64,000 bases of DNA. Origin: Acinetobacter phage vB_AbaM_B9. The notes beneath the pieces were generated by a model. It was not told the DNA's origin, did no database searches, and worked only from the letters and a program-made list of their open reading frames with translations. The position numbers and the translations under genes are program-made. Below are positions 47,905 to 57,765 of this stretch, piece after piece; the stretch's first letter is position 1; the number at the start of each line of letters is the position of its first letter. Location of the stretch: the sequence record MH133207.1; one strand, 5' to 3'.

Positions 47905-48137
47905 GTGATTGGAATATGGTTGCAGATTGTGATAGTCTGTTTATTTTTGATAGTTCATATGGTGACTTTTTTGTAATACATTATGGTGGGATATACATAA
48001 ATAAAACATGTCAAAAATTTAAAGATGATCATGGAAATAAAAGTTATCGAGAAATTAAAGAATGGACTGAAAAGACATTTCGTTCTTTAAGTGATAAATC
48101 AACATGGTTAATGTGTTATTTTGGAGAGTGTAAATGA
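47901..48137 (+). CDS. hypothetical protein
   Basis: ORF track. ATGA overlap. Confidence 0.4.
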   Translation: MSDWNMVADCDSLFIFDSSYGDFFVIHYGGIYINKTCQKFKDDHGNKSYREIKEWTEKTFRSLSDKSTWLMCYFGECK

Positions 48138-48424
48138 TTAAACGAATACCAAGTGAAGAAATACAGAAGTTAAAAAGAACTAATTTCTGGTTGTGTCGAG
48201 ACCGTACACTTACAAAAAAGATTATGCGAGAAAAGTTAGATGCTATTGTTGAAGTAAATAAACAAATGAGTTCAATGGAGTATTCAAAATTAAAGGAGTA
48301 TACAAAGAAAAGAAATAAGTTACTTGATGAACATGACTTACTCATAGACCTTTACATTAGAATAAATGAAGACATTTATCAAAATGGTAAAGAGATTATG
48401 AAACTTAGAGGATGTAAACGATGA
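48134..48424 (+). CDS. hypothetical protein
   Basis: ORF track, 96 aa. Confidence 0.4.
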   Translation: MIKRIPSEEIQKLKRTNFWLCRDRTLTKKIMREKLDAIVEVNKQMSSMEYSKLKEYTKKRNKLLDEHDLLIDLYIRINEDIYQNGKEIMKLRGCKR

Positions 48425-48621
48425 ATTTAGGTTTTTATGAAATAATGGATCGTGTTTCTGTCATACAATCTTCTCTTGAGGATAATGTTAGACATCATCA
48501 AGAAGCTGATTCAAGAGTGGTTGAATTAGTTGATGAAGCGCAAGAAGTATTGAATATGCTTTATCAATATGCTGCTAGTGAGTTTTATGACAGTTATGGA
48601 GATTGTGAGGATGATGATTAA
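48421..48621 (+). CDS. hypothetical acidic protein
   Basis: ORF track, 66 aa. Confidence 0.4.
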   Translation: MNLGFYEIMDRVSVIQSSLEDNVRHHQEADSRVVELVDEAQEVLNMLYQYAASEFYDSYGDCEDDD

Positions 48622-49112
48622 TGGCAACACAACACCCAATAAAGAAGTACAGTGACTTACCTAACTATATCCCGACTTATCAGAGTTGGAGAGGTATGAA
48701 AGAAAGGTGCTTTAACCCTAAGAACTCTCACTATAAGTATTATGGTGCTTTAGGTATATCGGTTTGTGATAGTTGGGCGGATTCTAAAAAAGGGTTTAGA
48801 AACTTTTACAACGACATGGGAGAAAGACCTGATGGAATGACTCTTGACCGTATAAATGTAAAAGAAAATTACTCGAAAGAGAACTGTCGTTGGGCTGATC
48901 TTACAACACAAGCATATAACACAAATCGAGAGCATTTAAATAAGACTGGAAGAATTGGTGTTGGTAAGAAAAACACCAAAACCAAAGAGTCTTGGTATGC
49001 TTTTATAACTTACAGAGGGAAAAGAATACATCTTGGAACTTTTGATAATTATGATGATGCGTGTAAAGCAAGAGAAAAGGCAGAGTTGGAGTATTATGGT
49101 GTCACTAAATAA
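48621..49112 (+). CDS. HNH endonuclease with C-terminal AP2 DNA-binding domain
   Basis: WRGMKERC...YGALGISVCDSW...DMGERPDGMTLDRINVKENYSKENCRWA is HNH_3-like. C-terminal WYAFITYRGKRIHLGTFDNYDDACKAREKAELEYYG is AP2-like. Confidence 0.6.
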   Translation: MATQHPIKKYSDLPNYIPTYQSWRGMKERCFNPKNSHYKYYGALGISVCDSWADSKKGFRNFYNDMGERPDGMTLDRINVKENYSKENCRWADLTTQAYNTNREHLNKTGRIGVGKKNTKTKESWYAFITYRGKRIHLGTFDNYDDACKAREKAELEYYGVTK

Positions 49113-49515
49113 GTACGATATTGCCTACTTAGAAATGGCAGAAGCATTCGCTAAAACGTCTATAGCAGAAAGGTTGAAAGTTGGTTGTGTTATCATTCGT
49201 GATGGGCAGCCTATCTCTCTTGGGATTAACGGAACTGTTAGTGGTTGGTACACAAACAAATGTGAAGATGAAAACGGTGTTACATCTTGGTTTGTGAAAC
49301 ATGCAGAAGTGCAAGCGTTAAATAAACTTCGTAAGAGTACAGAGAGCAGTGCTGGGGCTGAAATGTTTGTAACTCATTCACCATGTAAAATGTGTTGTTT
49401 GGATATTATTGATGCAGGAATTAAGAGGGTTGTCTACAAATATGATTACAGAGATAAATCAGGCTTAGAAACACTAAAACAACATGGTATTATTGTTGAA
49501 CAATTTGTTGAATAG
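49096..49515 (+). CDS. dCMP deaminase
   Basis: ORF 49033..49515 trimmed to ATG 49096. Zinc-binding HAEVQAL and PCKMCC motifs of the cytidine/dCMP deaminase family. Confidence 0.6.
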   Translation: MVSLNKYDIAYLEMAEAFAKTSIAERLKVGCVIIRDGQPISLGINGTVSGWYTNKCEDENGVTSWFVKHAEVQALNKLRKSTESSAGAEMFVTHSPCKMCCLDIIDAGIKRVVYKYDYRDKSGLETLKQHGIIVEQFVE

Positions 49516-49543
49516 AAATATGAATATAGATCAACAAAAGGTA

Positions 49544-49571
49544 TTGACATATTGAGAGAGTGTGGTATAGT
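49544..49571 (+). promoter_or_regulatory. promoter TTGACA-N16-TATAGT
   Basis: -35 at 49544-49549 and -10 at 49566-49571. Confidence 0.45.
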
Positions 49572-49598
49572 TGTTGAAAAGTTTAATGGAGGATTGTA

Positions 49599-49769
49599 AT
49601 GAATTTTACAGAATATTTAAATTTGGTTAAAGAGATTTTAAATGATAATGGTGTTGTGTTATCAACAATGGAAGAACATCATCAAGAAGAGTTGATTAAG
49701 AAGTTTAAGAAATGTTTCAAAGATGGTGAAGATGTTGATGCAGCAGTAGATCGTATTATGGGATGGTGA
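49599..49769 (+). CDS. hypothetical 56-aa protein (not in ORF track)
   Basis: ATG 49599 after a GGAGGATTG RBS. Encodes MNFTEYLNLVKEILNDNGVV.... Confidence 0.35.
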   Translation: MNFTEYLNLVKEILNDNGVVLSTMEEHHQEELIKKFKKCFKDGEDVDAAVDRIMGW

Positions 49770-49851
49770 ATAAATTCATTAAAATTAAACACAATTTAAA
49801 ATCATTTAGGAGAATACATCTGTATTTCTCCTTTTTCTATTGGAGTGAAAA

Positions 49852-51717
49852 TTGGGAATCTGTGTTGGAAAAGAACAATGTCCGAAGTGTAATGAAGAAG
49901 GTAGAGATAGACACGGAGACAATTTAGCCATATATGATGATAATTCTAAGTATTGTTTCCGTTGTGGATATAACGAGAAAGGTGATAGTAATTTAGGAGT
50001 TAAGGAGAGAAAATTGACTGGTGTGAATAGAGATTTAGAAAAGTTTAACGAAAAAAAATTAAATAAGGAAACTTATTATGAAGCAATTGATGGGACGTTA
50101 AAAGATTTAACTTGTAATTATCGTGGTTTAAACCCATCTATTTGTAAAGAACTTGGTGTTTTGTGGAAAATTGAGAATAATGAAGTAGTAGAAATGTTGT
50201 TTCCAGCTACATATTTGAACGATGGTAAAATTAAAGTTAGTGGATACAAGGTTCGTAAAGTTCCTAAAAACTTTTACTCAAAAGGGTATGTCGGAAAGCT
50301 TAATTTGATGGCTGGACAAACACAACATGTTGCTAACGTATTAGTTGTAACTGCTGGGGAAATTGATCTTATAACAGCAATTGATGGTTTATCTTCTTTG
50401 AAAAAGTACAATAAAAGTGTCAATGTTGTCAGTTCATTACTTGGAGAAGATTCGACAGCAGATTGTTTACGTCAACACTATGAATGGGTTGATAAGCACG
50501 AAAAAATTATTGTTTGTATGGATAATGATTCTGCTGGGGAAAAAGCTTTTGAAAAAATCAAATCAGTTGTCGATAATGATAAATTATTCAAGGCAAATCT
50601 TAGACATAAGGATTTAAATGAATATGTTTTAAAGGGTGATTTATCATTAATCGCAAAGGATGTTTATTGGGATGCTATTCCTATTCAAACTTATGGTGTG
50701 GTAGGAAGTGGTGAATTATTGCAAAAAGCAAAAGAACGGTTGAATCAGGATAAAATTCCATTTCCAAGTTTTCTTTCAGATTTAGCTGAGAACTTTACTG
50801 ATAAGTCAATGTGGACAGGTGAGTGGATGAATTGGATTTCTTCTGTTTCTTCTGGTAAGTCTACAGTCATGGATGCTTGGATGATTGATTGGGCTTTAAA
50901 TGCTCCATACCGACAGGCGATTTTGTCTTATGAAGCAGATGCGACATCTTTTGGTGTTAAAGTAGCATCTTTAGCTACATCTCGTTCTGTTATGAAGATT
51001 GAAGGTAAGGAGAATAGATTACAGTTTATTGATGATAATGAGGATAAAATCAACCATTTATTATTAACTGATGATGGACTTGATCGTTTTGATTTTGTTG
51101 ATACTTTACCTGAGTCGGTTGAAGCAGCAAAGAAGCTTATAAATTATCTTGTCAAAGTTAGAGGTGTTAGAATATGTTGGATTGATCCATTATTGGACTT
51201 CTTATCAATTTGTAAAAACAAAAACGAATATGATGACTTAATTCTATTTTTAGATCAAATCAGAATGAAGTATCATGTTACCATCATGACAGCATTACAT
51301 ACTAGAAAAAATCTGTCTAGCGGTGCAAATGGTAGTTCAGGTGGTGAGATTAATGAAGAGGATGCTTATGGTGGTCGTGAAGTTATTGCTAAAGGGACAA
51401 TTAATATCACCGCACAACGTAACAAAAACGCTGAGAATTGGATTGAGAGAAATACAATGATTCTAAAAATTCGTAAGAGTCGAAATGATCAGGTAACTGG
51501 AGTTGAAACAAAACTGTTCTATCGATCTAAAGCTAATAAGTTGTATCCATATTCTTTTGCAGAATCTAAAAAGTTTTTTATTGATGATTTTGACAAGGCT
51601 GTTGAGGATATTATTGTTGATGATGATGTTGGATTCTCTTTGTCTCACTCTGGAGTTTCTAATATTGATGAGGTTGTTATCGAAAGTGTTGAAGATGAGA
51701 GTAGTTTTGATTGGTAG
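49852..51717 (+). CDS. DNA primase-helicase (T7 gp4-like)
   Basis: N-terminal Cys4 zinc finger CPKCNEE...CFRCGY. TOPRIM-like acidic motifs. C-terminal Walker A SSVSSGKST, DnaB-like. 621 aa. True start may lie slightly upstream. Confidence 0.6.
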   Translation: MGICVGKEQCPKCNEEGRDRHGDNLAIYDDNSKYCFRCGYNEKGDSNLGVKERKLTGVNRDLEKFNEKKLNKETYYEAIDGTLKDLTCNYRGLNPSICKELGVLWKIENNEVVEMLFPATYLNDGKIKVSGYKVRKVPKNFYSKGYVGKLNLMAGQTQHVANVLVVTAGEIDLITAIDGLSSLKKYNKSVNVVSSLLGEDSTADCLRQHYEWVDKHEKIIVCMDNDSAGEKAFEKIKSVVDNDKLFKANLRHKDLNEYVLKGDLSLIAKDVYWDAIPIQTYGVVGSGELLQKAKERLNQDKIPFPSFLSDLAENFTDKSMWTGEWMNWISSVSSGKSTVMDAWMIDWALNAPYRQAILSYEADATSFGVKVASLATSRSVMKIEGKENRLQFIDDNEDKINHLLLTDDGLDRFDFVDTLPESVEAAKKLINYLVKVRGVRICWIDPLLDFLSICKNKNEYDDLILFLDQIRMKYHVTIMTALHTRKNLSSGANGSSGGEINEEDAYGGREVIAKGTINITAQRNKNAENWIERNTMILKIRKSRNDQVTGVETKLFYRSKANKLYPYSFAESKKFFIDDFDKAVEDIIVDDDVGFSLSHSGVSNIDEVVIESVEDESSFDW

Positions 51718-51724
51718 GTAGGAG

Positions 51725-51750
51725 CAGGGTCGTGTGACCCTGTTTTATTT
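51725..51750 (+). terminator. intrinsic terminator
   Basis: CAGGGTC-GTGT-GACCCTG followed by TTTTATTT. Confidence 0.6.
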
Positions 51751-51762
51751 AAGGAGATCGTT

Positions 51763-52833
51763 TTGAGAGATTGGAAGGATTATGTTGAAAGTTTTGGTTA
51801 CGAATATTGTAAGATAGAGGGTACTACATTATATTATTCAAAAGACGGTTGGGATTTTCATTGTAATAAATATAATTTCCCACCTAAGAAAGTTGCAATT
51901 AAGAATTGTTTAACACCAGAGAAGTACATCATTCATTTGATGAATAAAAAGCATGGTGGTAAATACGGATATGATAAATTCAAATGGAGTGGTAGTGTTG
52001 CAGATTATTCCGAATTCTATTGCCCAGAGCATGGTTATTTTAAACAAATAGTTAACAACCATTTGAAAGGATATGGTTGCTTTAAGTGCAATGGCTCTGA
52101 GAAACTAACGGAAGAAGATATTAGAGTTAGGTGTCAAGAAGCTCGTGGTTTTAAATATGACTATTCAAACTTAAAATATGACCACAAGACAAATAAGATA
52201 ACTTTGCTTTGCAGAAGGCATGGTGAGTTTTCAACAAACTTATACTCCCATTTAAAAGGAGTTGATTGTAAGGAATGCTATAGAGAATCATCTTTTGGTT
52301 CAAAGGTTACAACTGAGGATTTCATAAAAAAGGCAGAGTTTATTCATGGTGATAAGTATGATTATAGTTTGGTTGAATATGAATGTGCAAAATCCAAAGT
52401 TAAAATTATTTGCAGTGAACACGGTGTTTTTGAACAAGTCGCAAACTATCACTTAAGCGGTAATGGTTGTCAAAAGTGTGGTGTACAATGTACAGGTTAC
52501 ACAAAAACGGCTTATACTAAAGCTTGTGCATCTGGAAGTAGTGTCTATGTTTTTGAATTGTCCAAAGATTATGAGTTATTTTATAAGATTGGTATTTCTA
52601 AAAATATTAAAAATAGAGTTGCTGGTATTGTTAGCGAATCTGGATATTTAGTTACTTGTGTTTATGAGATGTTCTTTAAAGATGCTTCCGTTGTTTTTGA
52701 TATTGAAAAATTACTCCATAGAGAGTTTAGTAACTGTAAGTATGTACCAAATTTCAGGTTTGCTGGAGATTCGGAGTGCTTCATTCTAGGTGATTATAAC
52801 GAGGTGATAAAGATTTTAAATTGTGTTGCTTAG
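51763..52833 (+). CDS. putative homing endonuclease: three tandem Cys/His zinc-ribbon-like repeats plus C-terminal T5orf172 (GIY-YIG-like) domain
   Basis: Three roughly 45-aa repeats of pattern KYDYS...C..HG.F......HL.G.GC..C. C-terminal YVFELSKDYELFYKIGISKNIKNRVAGI fits the T5orf172 motif. TTG start after AAGGAG. Confidence 0.45.
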   Translation: MRDWKDYVESFGYEYCKIEGTTLYYSKDGWDFHCNKYNFPPKKVAIKNCLTPEKYIIHLMNKKHGGKYGYDKFKWSGSVADYSEFYCPEHGYFKQIVNNHLKGYGCFKCNGSEKLTEEDIRVRCQEARGFKYDYSNLKYDHKTNKITLLCRRHGEFSTNLYSHLKGVDCKECYRESSFGSKVTTEDFIKKAEFIHGDKYDYSLVEYECAKSKVKIICSEHGVFEQVANYHLSGNGCQKCGVQCTGYTKTAYTKACASGSSVYVFELSKDYELFYKIGISKNIKNRVAGIVSESGYLVTCVYEMFFKDASVVFDIEKLLHREFSNCKYVPNFRFAGDSECFILGDYNEVIKILNCVA

Positions 52834-52872
52834 TTTCATGCAATTTGATATAATTGCTGAAAAGGAGGGTTT

Positions 52873-55065
52873 ATGGAAAACTTTAAGTATATTGATGGTG
52901 ATTGGGGGTTTGACTGCGAAACATACCCAAACGTAATTACATTCTCATTCATTAAATCAGACAGATCAGATAAGCGAGTTTTTGAGATTAGTTCTAGAGT
53001 TAATGAGTTAGAAGATTTTTTAGAATTTTGCAGAGAAAGTGTTAGGAAAAATTATAGATGGATCACCTTTAATGGTAAAGGATTCGATTACCCTTTGGTT
53101 CATTGGATTTTGAATAAGTCTAAAGCTGCAAAATCAGAAAATAAAAAACTTTCACTTACTGCTAATCAAATCTACAAATACGCAATGCGAATTATTGAAA
53201 GTCATAAAGGTGATGGTTTTGGTATTCAAGTTAAAGATGAAGATGTTTTGATAAAACAGGTTGATCTTTTTAAAATATGTCATTATGATAATAAGGCTAG
53301 AATGACTTCTTTAAAGCTTTTGGAATTCAACATGCGATTAGAGAACATTAGCGATCTTCCTTTTCCTGTTGGAAAGAAATTAACAAATGATGAAATTGAT
53401 GTGTTGATTGAATACAACCTTAGTGACGTTGATGCAACATTAAGATTTTATGAGATTTGCTTGGATTCAATTAAATTTCGAGAAGAGCTTACTGAAAAAT
53501 ACGGATTTGATTGTATGAATCTGAATGACGGAAAGGTTGGTAGTAATTTCTTCATGAGAAAAATTGAAGAAAAAGTTCCTAATACTTTCTATGAAAATGT
53601 TGGTGGAAAGAAGAAATTAAAAAAAACACCTAGAGATTTCATTAGAATCAAAGACTGCATATTTAATTATGTGTCGTTTAAAGATAAAGGTTTGATCGCT
53701 TTAAAAGAATGGTTTTCAAAGCAGATTATCACAGAAACTAAAGGTGTGTTCTCAAACATTGAAGAGCATTTGCTTGGTGACTTGTCACAATATGCTGAAA
53801 TGACTACGAAGAGTGTAAAATTTAAGTCAAAACCTTCGGATTCAGAAATTAATGAATTCTTGAAAATTCATCCTAAAGGTTGGATTGATAAGATTGAACT
53901 TAAATCTATGGAAACTCTTAAAGATGAAAATGGTAATCCTGTAAAAGAGAATTACATTGATGAAAAAGGAAGAGTTAAACAAAGAGTGGTGAAGGTTCCG
54001 AAAGTTTCATACTACGGGTATTATAGAGTTGCTGAAACACTAAATGTTGTACTTGATGATTTTAGAATTGATTTTGGTTTAGGTGGACAACATGGCAGTA
54101 AGGTTGGTGCGTTTCATTCAACTGAAGATTTAGTAATTTGTGACTTGGATGTGAAATCTTATTATCCAAATTTAGCTATTGCAAATAGGGTTTATCCAGA
54201 GCATCTCAATGAGGTATTTTGTGACGCATATGAAGAATTTTATCACGAGCGAGCAAAAGTTCCTAAATCTAATCCTATCAACAAAGCATACAAGGATGGT
54301 TTGAATATTGTGTATGGGGACAGTAATAGCGAATTTTCTGCATTCTATGATCCGAAGTATACAATGTCCATTACAATCAATGGTCAATTAACCTTGTGTA
54401 TGTTAATGGAGAGACTAATAGATGTTTGCGGAATAAAGATTATACAATCCAATACTGACGGGTTCACCTTCTTGATTAAAAAAGACATGCTTGATATCAT
54501 GAAGACTCATGTTTCAAGATGGGAGAATTTGACAGGACTTGAAATGGAGGATGCGTACTATAAATCAATGTTCATGCGCGATGTAAATAATTACGTAGGG
54601 TTGTATGAGGATGGTAGTGTTAAATCCAAAGGGGCATATGAGTATGAACCACTGAGAAGTATGAAGTTGACACACATGCACAAGAATCACTCAGCATTAG
54701 TTGTACCTATGGCAGTTGAACATGAGTTGTTAGGTCGTGGTTATGCTGAAGACTTTATTCGTAGTCATAAAGATAAGTTTGATTTCATGCTTAGAACCAA
54801 AGTTCCGCGTGGTTCAAGACTGGTTCTTGAAATGGATGGTGAGGATATTGAGCAACAAAACATTTGTCGTTATTATGCTTCTGAAGATGGTGGGTATTTA
54901 ACAAAGATTATGCCACCACTTAAAGAAGGTGATGAAGATAGACGTATGAGTATTGAAAGTGGTATTAAAGTAAAAACGTGTAATGATATTAATGATTTCT
55001 CTTGGGATATTAATTATGATTACTACATTGAACAAGCAGATAAATTGCTTGAATTTTTTCGTTAA
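52873..55065 (+). CDS. DNA polymerase, family B with 3'-5' exonuclease domain
   Basis: Exo I FDCET, Exo II FNGKGFDYP, Exo III YNLSDVD. Pol motif A DLDVKSYYPNL. Motif B KDGLNIVYG. Motif C region reads SNTDGF. 730 aa. Confidence 0.6.
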   Translation: MENFKYIDGDWGFDCETYPNVITFSFIKSDRSDKRVFEISSRVNELEDFLEFCRESVRKNYRWITFNGKGFDYPLVHWILNKSKAAKSENKKLSLTANQIYKYAMRIIESHKGDGFGIQVKDEDVLIKQVDLFKICHYDNKARMTSLKLLEFNMRLENISDLPFPVGKKLTNDEIDVLIEYNLSDVDATLRFYEICLDSIKFREELTEKYGFDCMNLNDGKVGSNFFMRKIEEKVPNTFYENVGGKKKLKKTPRDFIRIKDCIFNYVSFKDKGLIALKEWFSKQIITETKGVFSNIEEHLLGDLSQYAEMTTKSVKFKSKPSDSEINEFLKIHPKGWIDKIELKSMETLKDENGNPVKENYIDEKGRVKQRVVKVPKVSYYGYYRVAETLNVVLDDFRIDFGLGGQHGSKVGAFHSTEDLVICDLDVKSYYPNLAIANRVYPEHLNEVFCDAYEEFYHERAKVPKSNPINKAYKDGLNIVYGDSNSEFSAFYDPKYTMSITINGQLTLCMLMERLIDVCGIKIIQSNTDGFTFLIKKDMLDIMKTHVSRWENLTGLEMEDAYYKSMFMRDVNNYVGLYEDGSVKSKGAYEYEPLRSMKLTHMHKNHSALVVPMAVEHELLGRGYAEDFIRSHKDKFDFMLRTKVPRGSRLVLEMDGEDIEQQNICRYYASEDGGYLTKIMPPLKEGDEDRRMSIESGIKVKTCNDINDFSWDINYDYYIEQADKLLEFFR

Positions 55066-55078
55066 TTAGGAGATGTAA

Positions 55079-56155
55079 ATGTTGAAGTTTAAAAAAGGTG
55101 ATGAGGTTATTGTTACTGGTTTTATTAATGCACTTACTGAAGAGTACGGTACTTTAGGTGAAGTTGGTGTTGTTGAGGTTGTGGATGATTCAGAGATTCC
55201 GTATTTTGTAAAATTGGAATCTGTTAAAGGGGGTTCTGGTGGATTATGGTTTAAGGAGGAGAACTTAAAATCAGCTAAAGGAAGCACTTTTTACAAAGGT
55301 GTTGTATATTCTGTTGGAGATGTTATTGAGCGTTTGGATGATTGCCCATACCCAATAGGATCAAAACATACAATTATTGCGATTGGAAGCGGAGGAGTTT
55401 ATGCTAAGGATGCTGAAGGTAGTGTTGGTTTTCATTGTTTGAGTTTTGTTAAGAAAGTAAATGATATTAATAAATCACAACTTCTTAAACAAGAAATTGA
55501 GGTTGGAGACATAGTGATAGTGATTTCTCTTGAAAATACAATAAGAGAGTATGGTGCTAATGAGTCAATGAAAAAAGTTGAAGAGTCTTTTATTGTAAAA
55601 GATGTTTGTAAATATGAAAAAGATGATTTAATTGAGGTTTTTGATGAAGGTAATTGGTCATACGATTCTCGTGATTTAGTAATTTTACAGAAAGCTTCAG
55701 ATATGAAAGAGCGTAAATTAGCTCCTATTGATTTGAAATTACACACTCACACATCTTTCGATGCATCTACTACTGGTGAAGATGATTATTTTGGAGATTT
55801 TGACATTTCGCCAGATGATTTAAAAGGTATGGTTGATGACATGATTAGTCACCCTATCCAACCTATTGAGTCTGATGGTGGAAGTAGTGATTATTATTTT
55901 ACCAAATTACCAAAATGGTTGATTGATCAAATTGTAGAAACTGGTGGTATTGAAGTTAAAGACATTGTTCAATTTGTATTTGATAATGATGCTCATGCAA
56001 AAGATATCATCAAGGCACAGAAACGTATTATTGAGCAGCGTAAAGGTGGTGGTAAAGCTGGATTAAAACCACTATACGATTACAATAAGATTGTTTTCTT
56101 TGCTGAAGATCAGTTACGAGTTGCTAAGAATAATCTTGACGAGAAATCTGAATAA
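55079..56155 (+). CDS. hypothetical protein with internal KOW/SH3-like repeats
   Basis: 358 aa. Repeated KKGDEVIVTG and EVGDIVIVIS segments. Acidic middle region. Confidence 0.45.
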   Translation: MLKFKKGDEVIVTGFINALTEEYGTLGEVGVVEVVDDSEIPYFVKLESVKGGSGGLWFKEENLKSAKGSTFYKGVVYSVGDVIERLDDCPYPIGSKHTIIAIGSGGVYAKDAEGSVGFHCLSFVKKVNDINKSQLLKQEIEVGDIVIVISLENTIREYGANESMKKVEESFIVKDVCKYEKDDLIEVFDEGNWSYDSRDLVILQKASDMKERKLAPIDLKLHTHTSFDASTTGEDDYFGDFDISPDDLKGMVDDMISHPIQPIESDGGSSDYYFTKLPKWLIDQIVETGGIEVKDIVQFVFDNDAHAKDIIKAQKRIIEQRKGGGKAGLKPLYDYNKIVFFAEDQLRVAKNNLDEKSE

Positions 56156-56181
56156 CTTTACATTTAATTACAGTATTATTG

Positions 56182-56210
56182 TTGACATTGATTTATAAGT
56201 TTGCAATAAT
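56182..56210 (+). promoter_or_regulatory. promoter TTGACA-N17-AATAAT
   Basis: -35 at 56182-56187. Upstream of the SSB-like gene. Confidence 0.35.
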
Positions 56211-56344
56211 ACCCACCTACTCTGATGAATATCCATATATTACTTCGGAGGAAATTGAAATTTAGAGAACTAGGTAGATTAACATGATAACGTAATGTTT
56301 GATTGCTACAATAGCTCAACAGATTAAGTTCAGGTTTCAATTTT

Positions 56345-56400
56345 CAACTCAAAACATTTTAGATTTCTTTAAATAGGATTTCTAATTATGTTTTGAGTTG
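56345..56400 (+). other. 13-bp-stem hairpin with 30-nt loop carrying GATTTCT x2
   Basis: CAACTCAAAACAT ... ATGTTTTGAGTTG perfect arms. Loop TTTAGATTTCTTTAAATAGGATTTCTAATT. A T-rich stretch follows. Confidence 0.5.
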
Positions 56401-56475
56401 TTTGTATTTAAAAATTTAATTAAGCATGTGTCATTCGGCACATTATATAATAAGCATATACGATAGGAGATACAA

Positions 56476-57108
56476 ATGTCAATTAAGACTAATATTAATT
56501 TTGAATCAGGAATTATTGAAAACGCAGTATTGTTTTACACTAAGTTAAAGAATCCACCATTAAAATACGGTTCTCAAACTGAACGTGAATACACTGTTGA
56601 TGTTGTTGTTGATAAAGCTTCAGCTAAAGCATGGAATAAACAATTTTCCAAGCAAAAAGCTAAAGAAATTGACAATGCAGACTTCACAGAACAATTTAAA
56701 ACTGATCCAGTGTTTGCAGATCAAGATGAACAGTTTGTGATTAAACTTAAAAAACCAGCTCAGTTTCGAGACAAGGCAACAGGTGAATTAGTTCCTTTGA
56801 ATGAAAAATATATTCCTCGTGTTTTCATTAAGAATGACGAAGGTGTTTTAGAAGATATTACATTTACAACAAACGTTGGTAATGGTAGTGTTGGTGTTGT
56901 TCAGTTTGATGTTAACACAAATGATTTCGGTACATTTGCGAAACTTGGTGCAATTCGTGTTGATAGTTTGGTTGCTGTAGAACATAAAGGTGGTACAAAC
57001 TACGATGTTCTTGGTACTGTTAAAACTCTAGCTGAAATCCCAACAGCAGCTAAGAAAGAACCAGAACCAACACAAAATGTAGATGAAGATGAAAATTTGC
57101 CATTCTAA
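56476..57108 (+). CDS. single-stranded DNA-binding protein (T7 gp2.5-like)
   Basis: 210 aa. Acidic C-terminal tail NVDEDENLPF ending in an aromatic residue, as in gp2.5-type SSBs. Sits in the replication module. Confidence 0.45.
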   Translation: MSIKTNINFESGIIENAVLFYTKLKNPPLKYGSQTEREYTVDVVVDKASAKAWNKQFSKQKAKEIDNADFTEQFKTDPVFADQDEQFVIKLKKPAQFRDKATGELVPLNEKYIPRVFIKNDEGVLEDITFTTNVGNGSVGVVQFDVNTNDFGTFAKLGAIRVDSLVAVEHKGGTNYDVLGTVKTLAEIPTAAKKEPEPTQNVDEDENLPF

Positions 57109-57120
57109 TTTGATGTGTGT

Positions 57121-57141
57121 GGAAGGACAATAAGTCCTTCC
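57121..57141 (+). other. perfect 8-bp hairpin GGAAGGAC-AATAA-GTCCTTCC
   Basis: Lies directly after the SSB-like gene stop. Weak T tail. Confidence 0.4.
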
Positions 57142-57159
57142 ATTACAATTGGTGGACAT

Positions 57160-57405
57160 ATGGAAAGATATGGTATACACAGCCTTAAGATACAGCAGAT
57201 ACGTGGATCATATAGGTCAGAAATTCTATTTCATGAGGAACCAGACGAAAACTTATTGGAAGAATTTTTATTACATTATGATTTATCTAAAGACGTTAAA
57301 AACGATATAAGATTGTTAAAAGATACTTCAATTTTAATAACAGATGATTTTATTGTCTCGTTAGAAATAAGAGAAGTGTTCATGAATTTAGGAGAAAACA
57401 AATGA
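57160..57405 (+). CDS. hypothetical protein
   Basis: ORF 57115..57405 trimmed to ATG 57160 (MERYGIHS). Confidence 0.35.
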   Translation: MERYGIHSLKIQQIRGSYRSEILFHEEPDENLLEEFLLHYDLSKDVKNDIRLLKDTSILITDDFIVSLEIREVFMNLGENK

Positions 57406-57575
57406 CAAAGAAAATTAAAATTGGTGTTCTAGAATTAGATATGGGGGATAGTTCTGGAAAGAACGATCTATCAGACGCAATTTATGTTAATACAAAGAAC
57501 CAACAACAATTAGCTACAGCGTTTCAGTTTGCAACATATCAAGCAATCTTTGAGAAGAAACGAGGTGTTAAATGA
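57402..57575 (+). CDS. hypothetical 57-aa protein (not in ORF track)
   Basis: ATG 57402 after a GGAGAAAAC RBS. Open to TGA at 57573. Confidence 0.35.
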   Translation: MTKKIKIGVLELDMGDSSGKNDLSDAIYVNTKNQQQLATAFQFATYQAIFEKKRGVK

Positions 57576-57751
57576 GTGACTTAGGTATTGTATTACAAAA
57601 ATCAATTATCTTAGATAAGATTCATGATAATGTTCTTGCTCGATTAAGTAATATTGATAATTCTGGTGGTAATAATGAAAATCAAACTGATCTTCTAAAA
57701 CTTGAGAAGTTAATTCTAAAGAAATATAAAGAAGTTATTTCTGAATTATAA
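57572..57751 (+). CDS. hypothetical 59-aa protein (not in ORF track)
   Basis: ATG overlapping the upstream stop (ATGA). Encodes MSDLGIVLQKSIILDKIHDN.... Confidence 0.35.
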   Translation: MSDLGIVLQKSIILDKIHDNVLARLSNIDNSGGNNENQTDLLKLEKLILKKYKEVISEL

Positions 57752-57765
57752 TTTGGAGAGTACTC

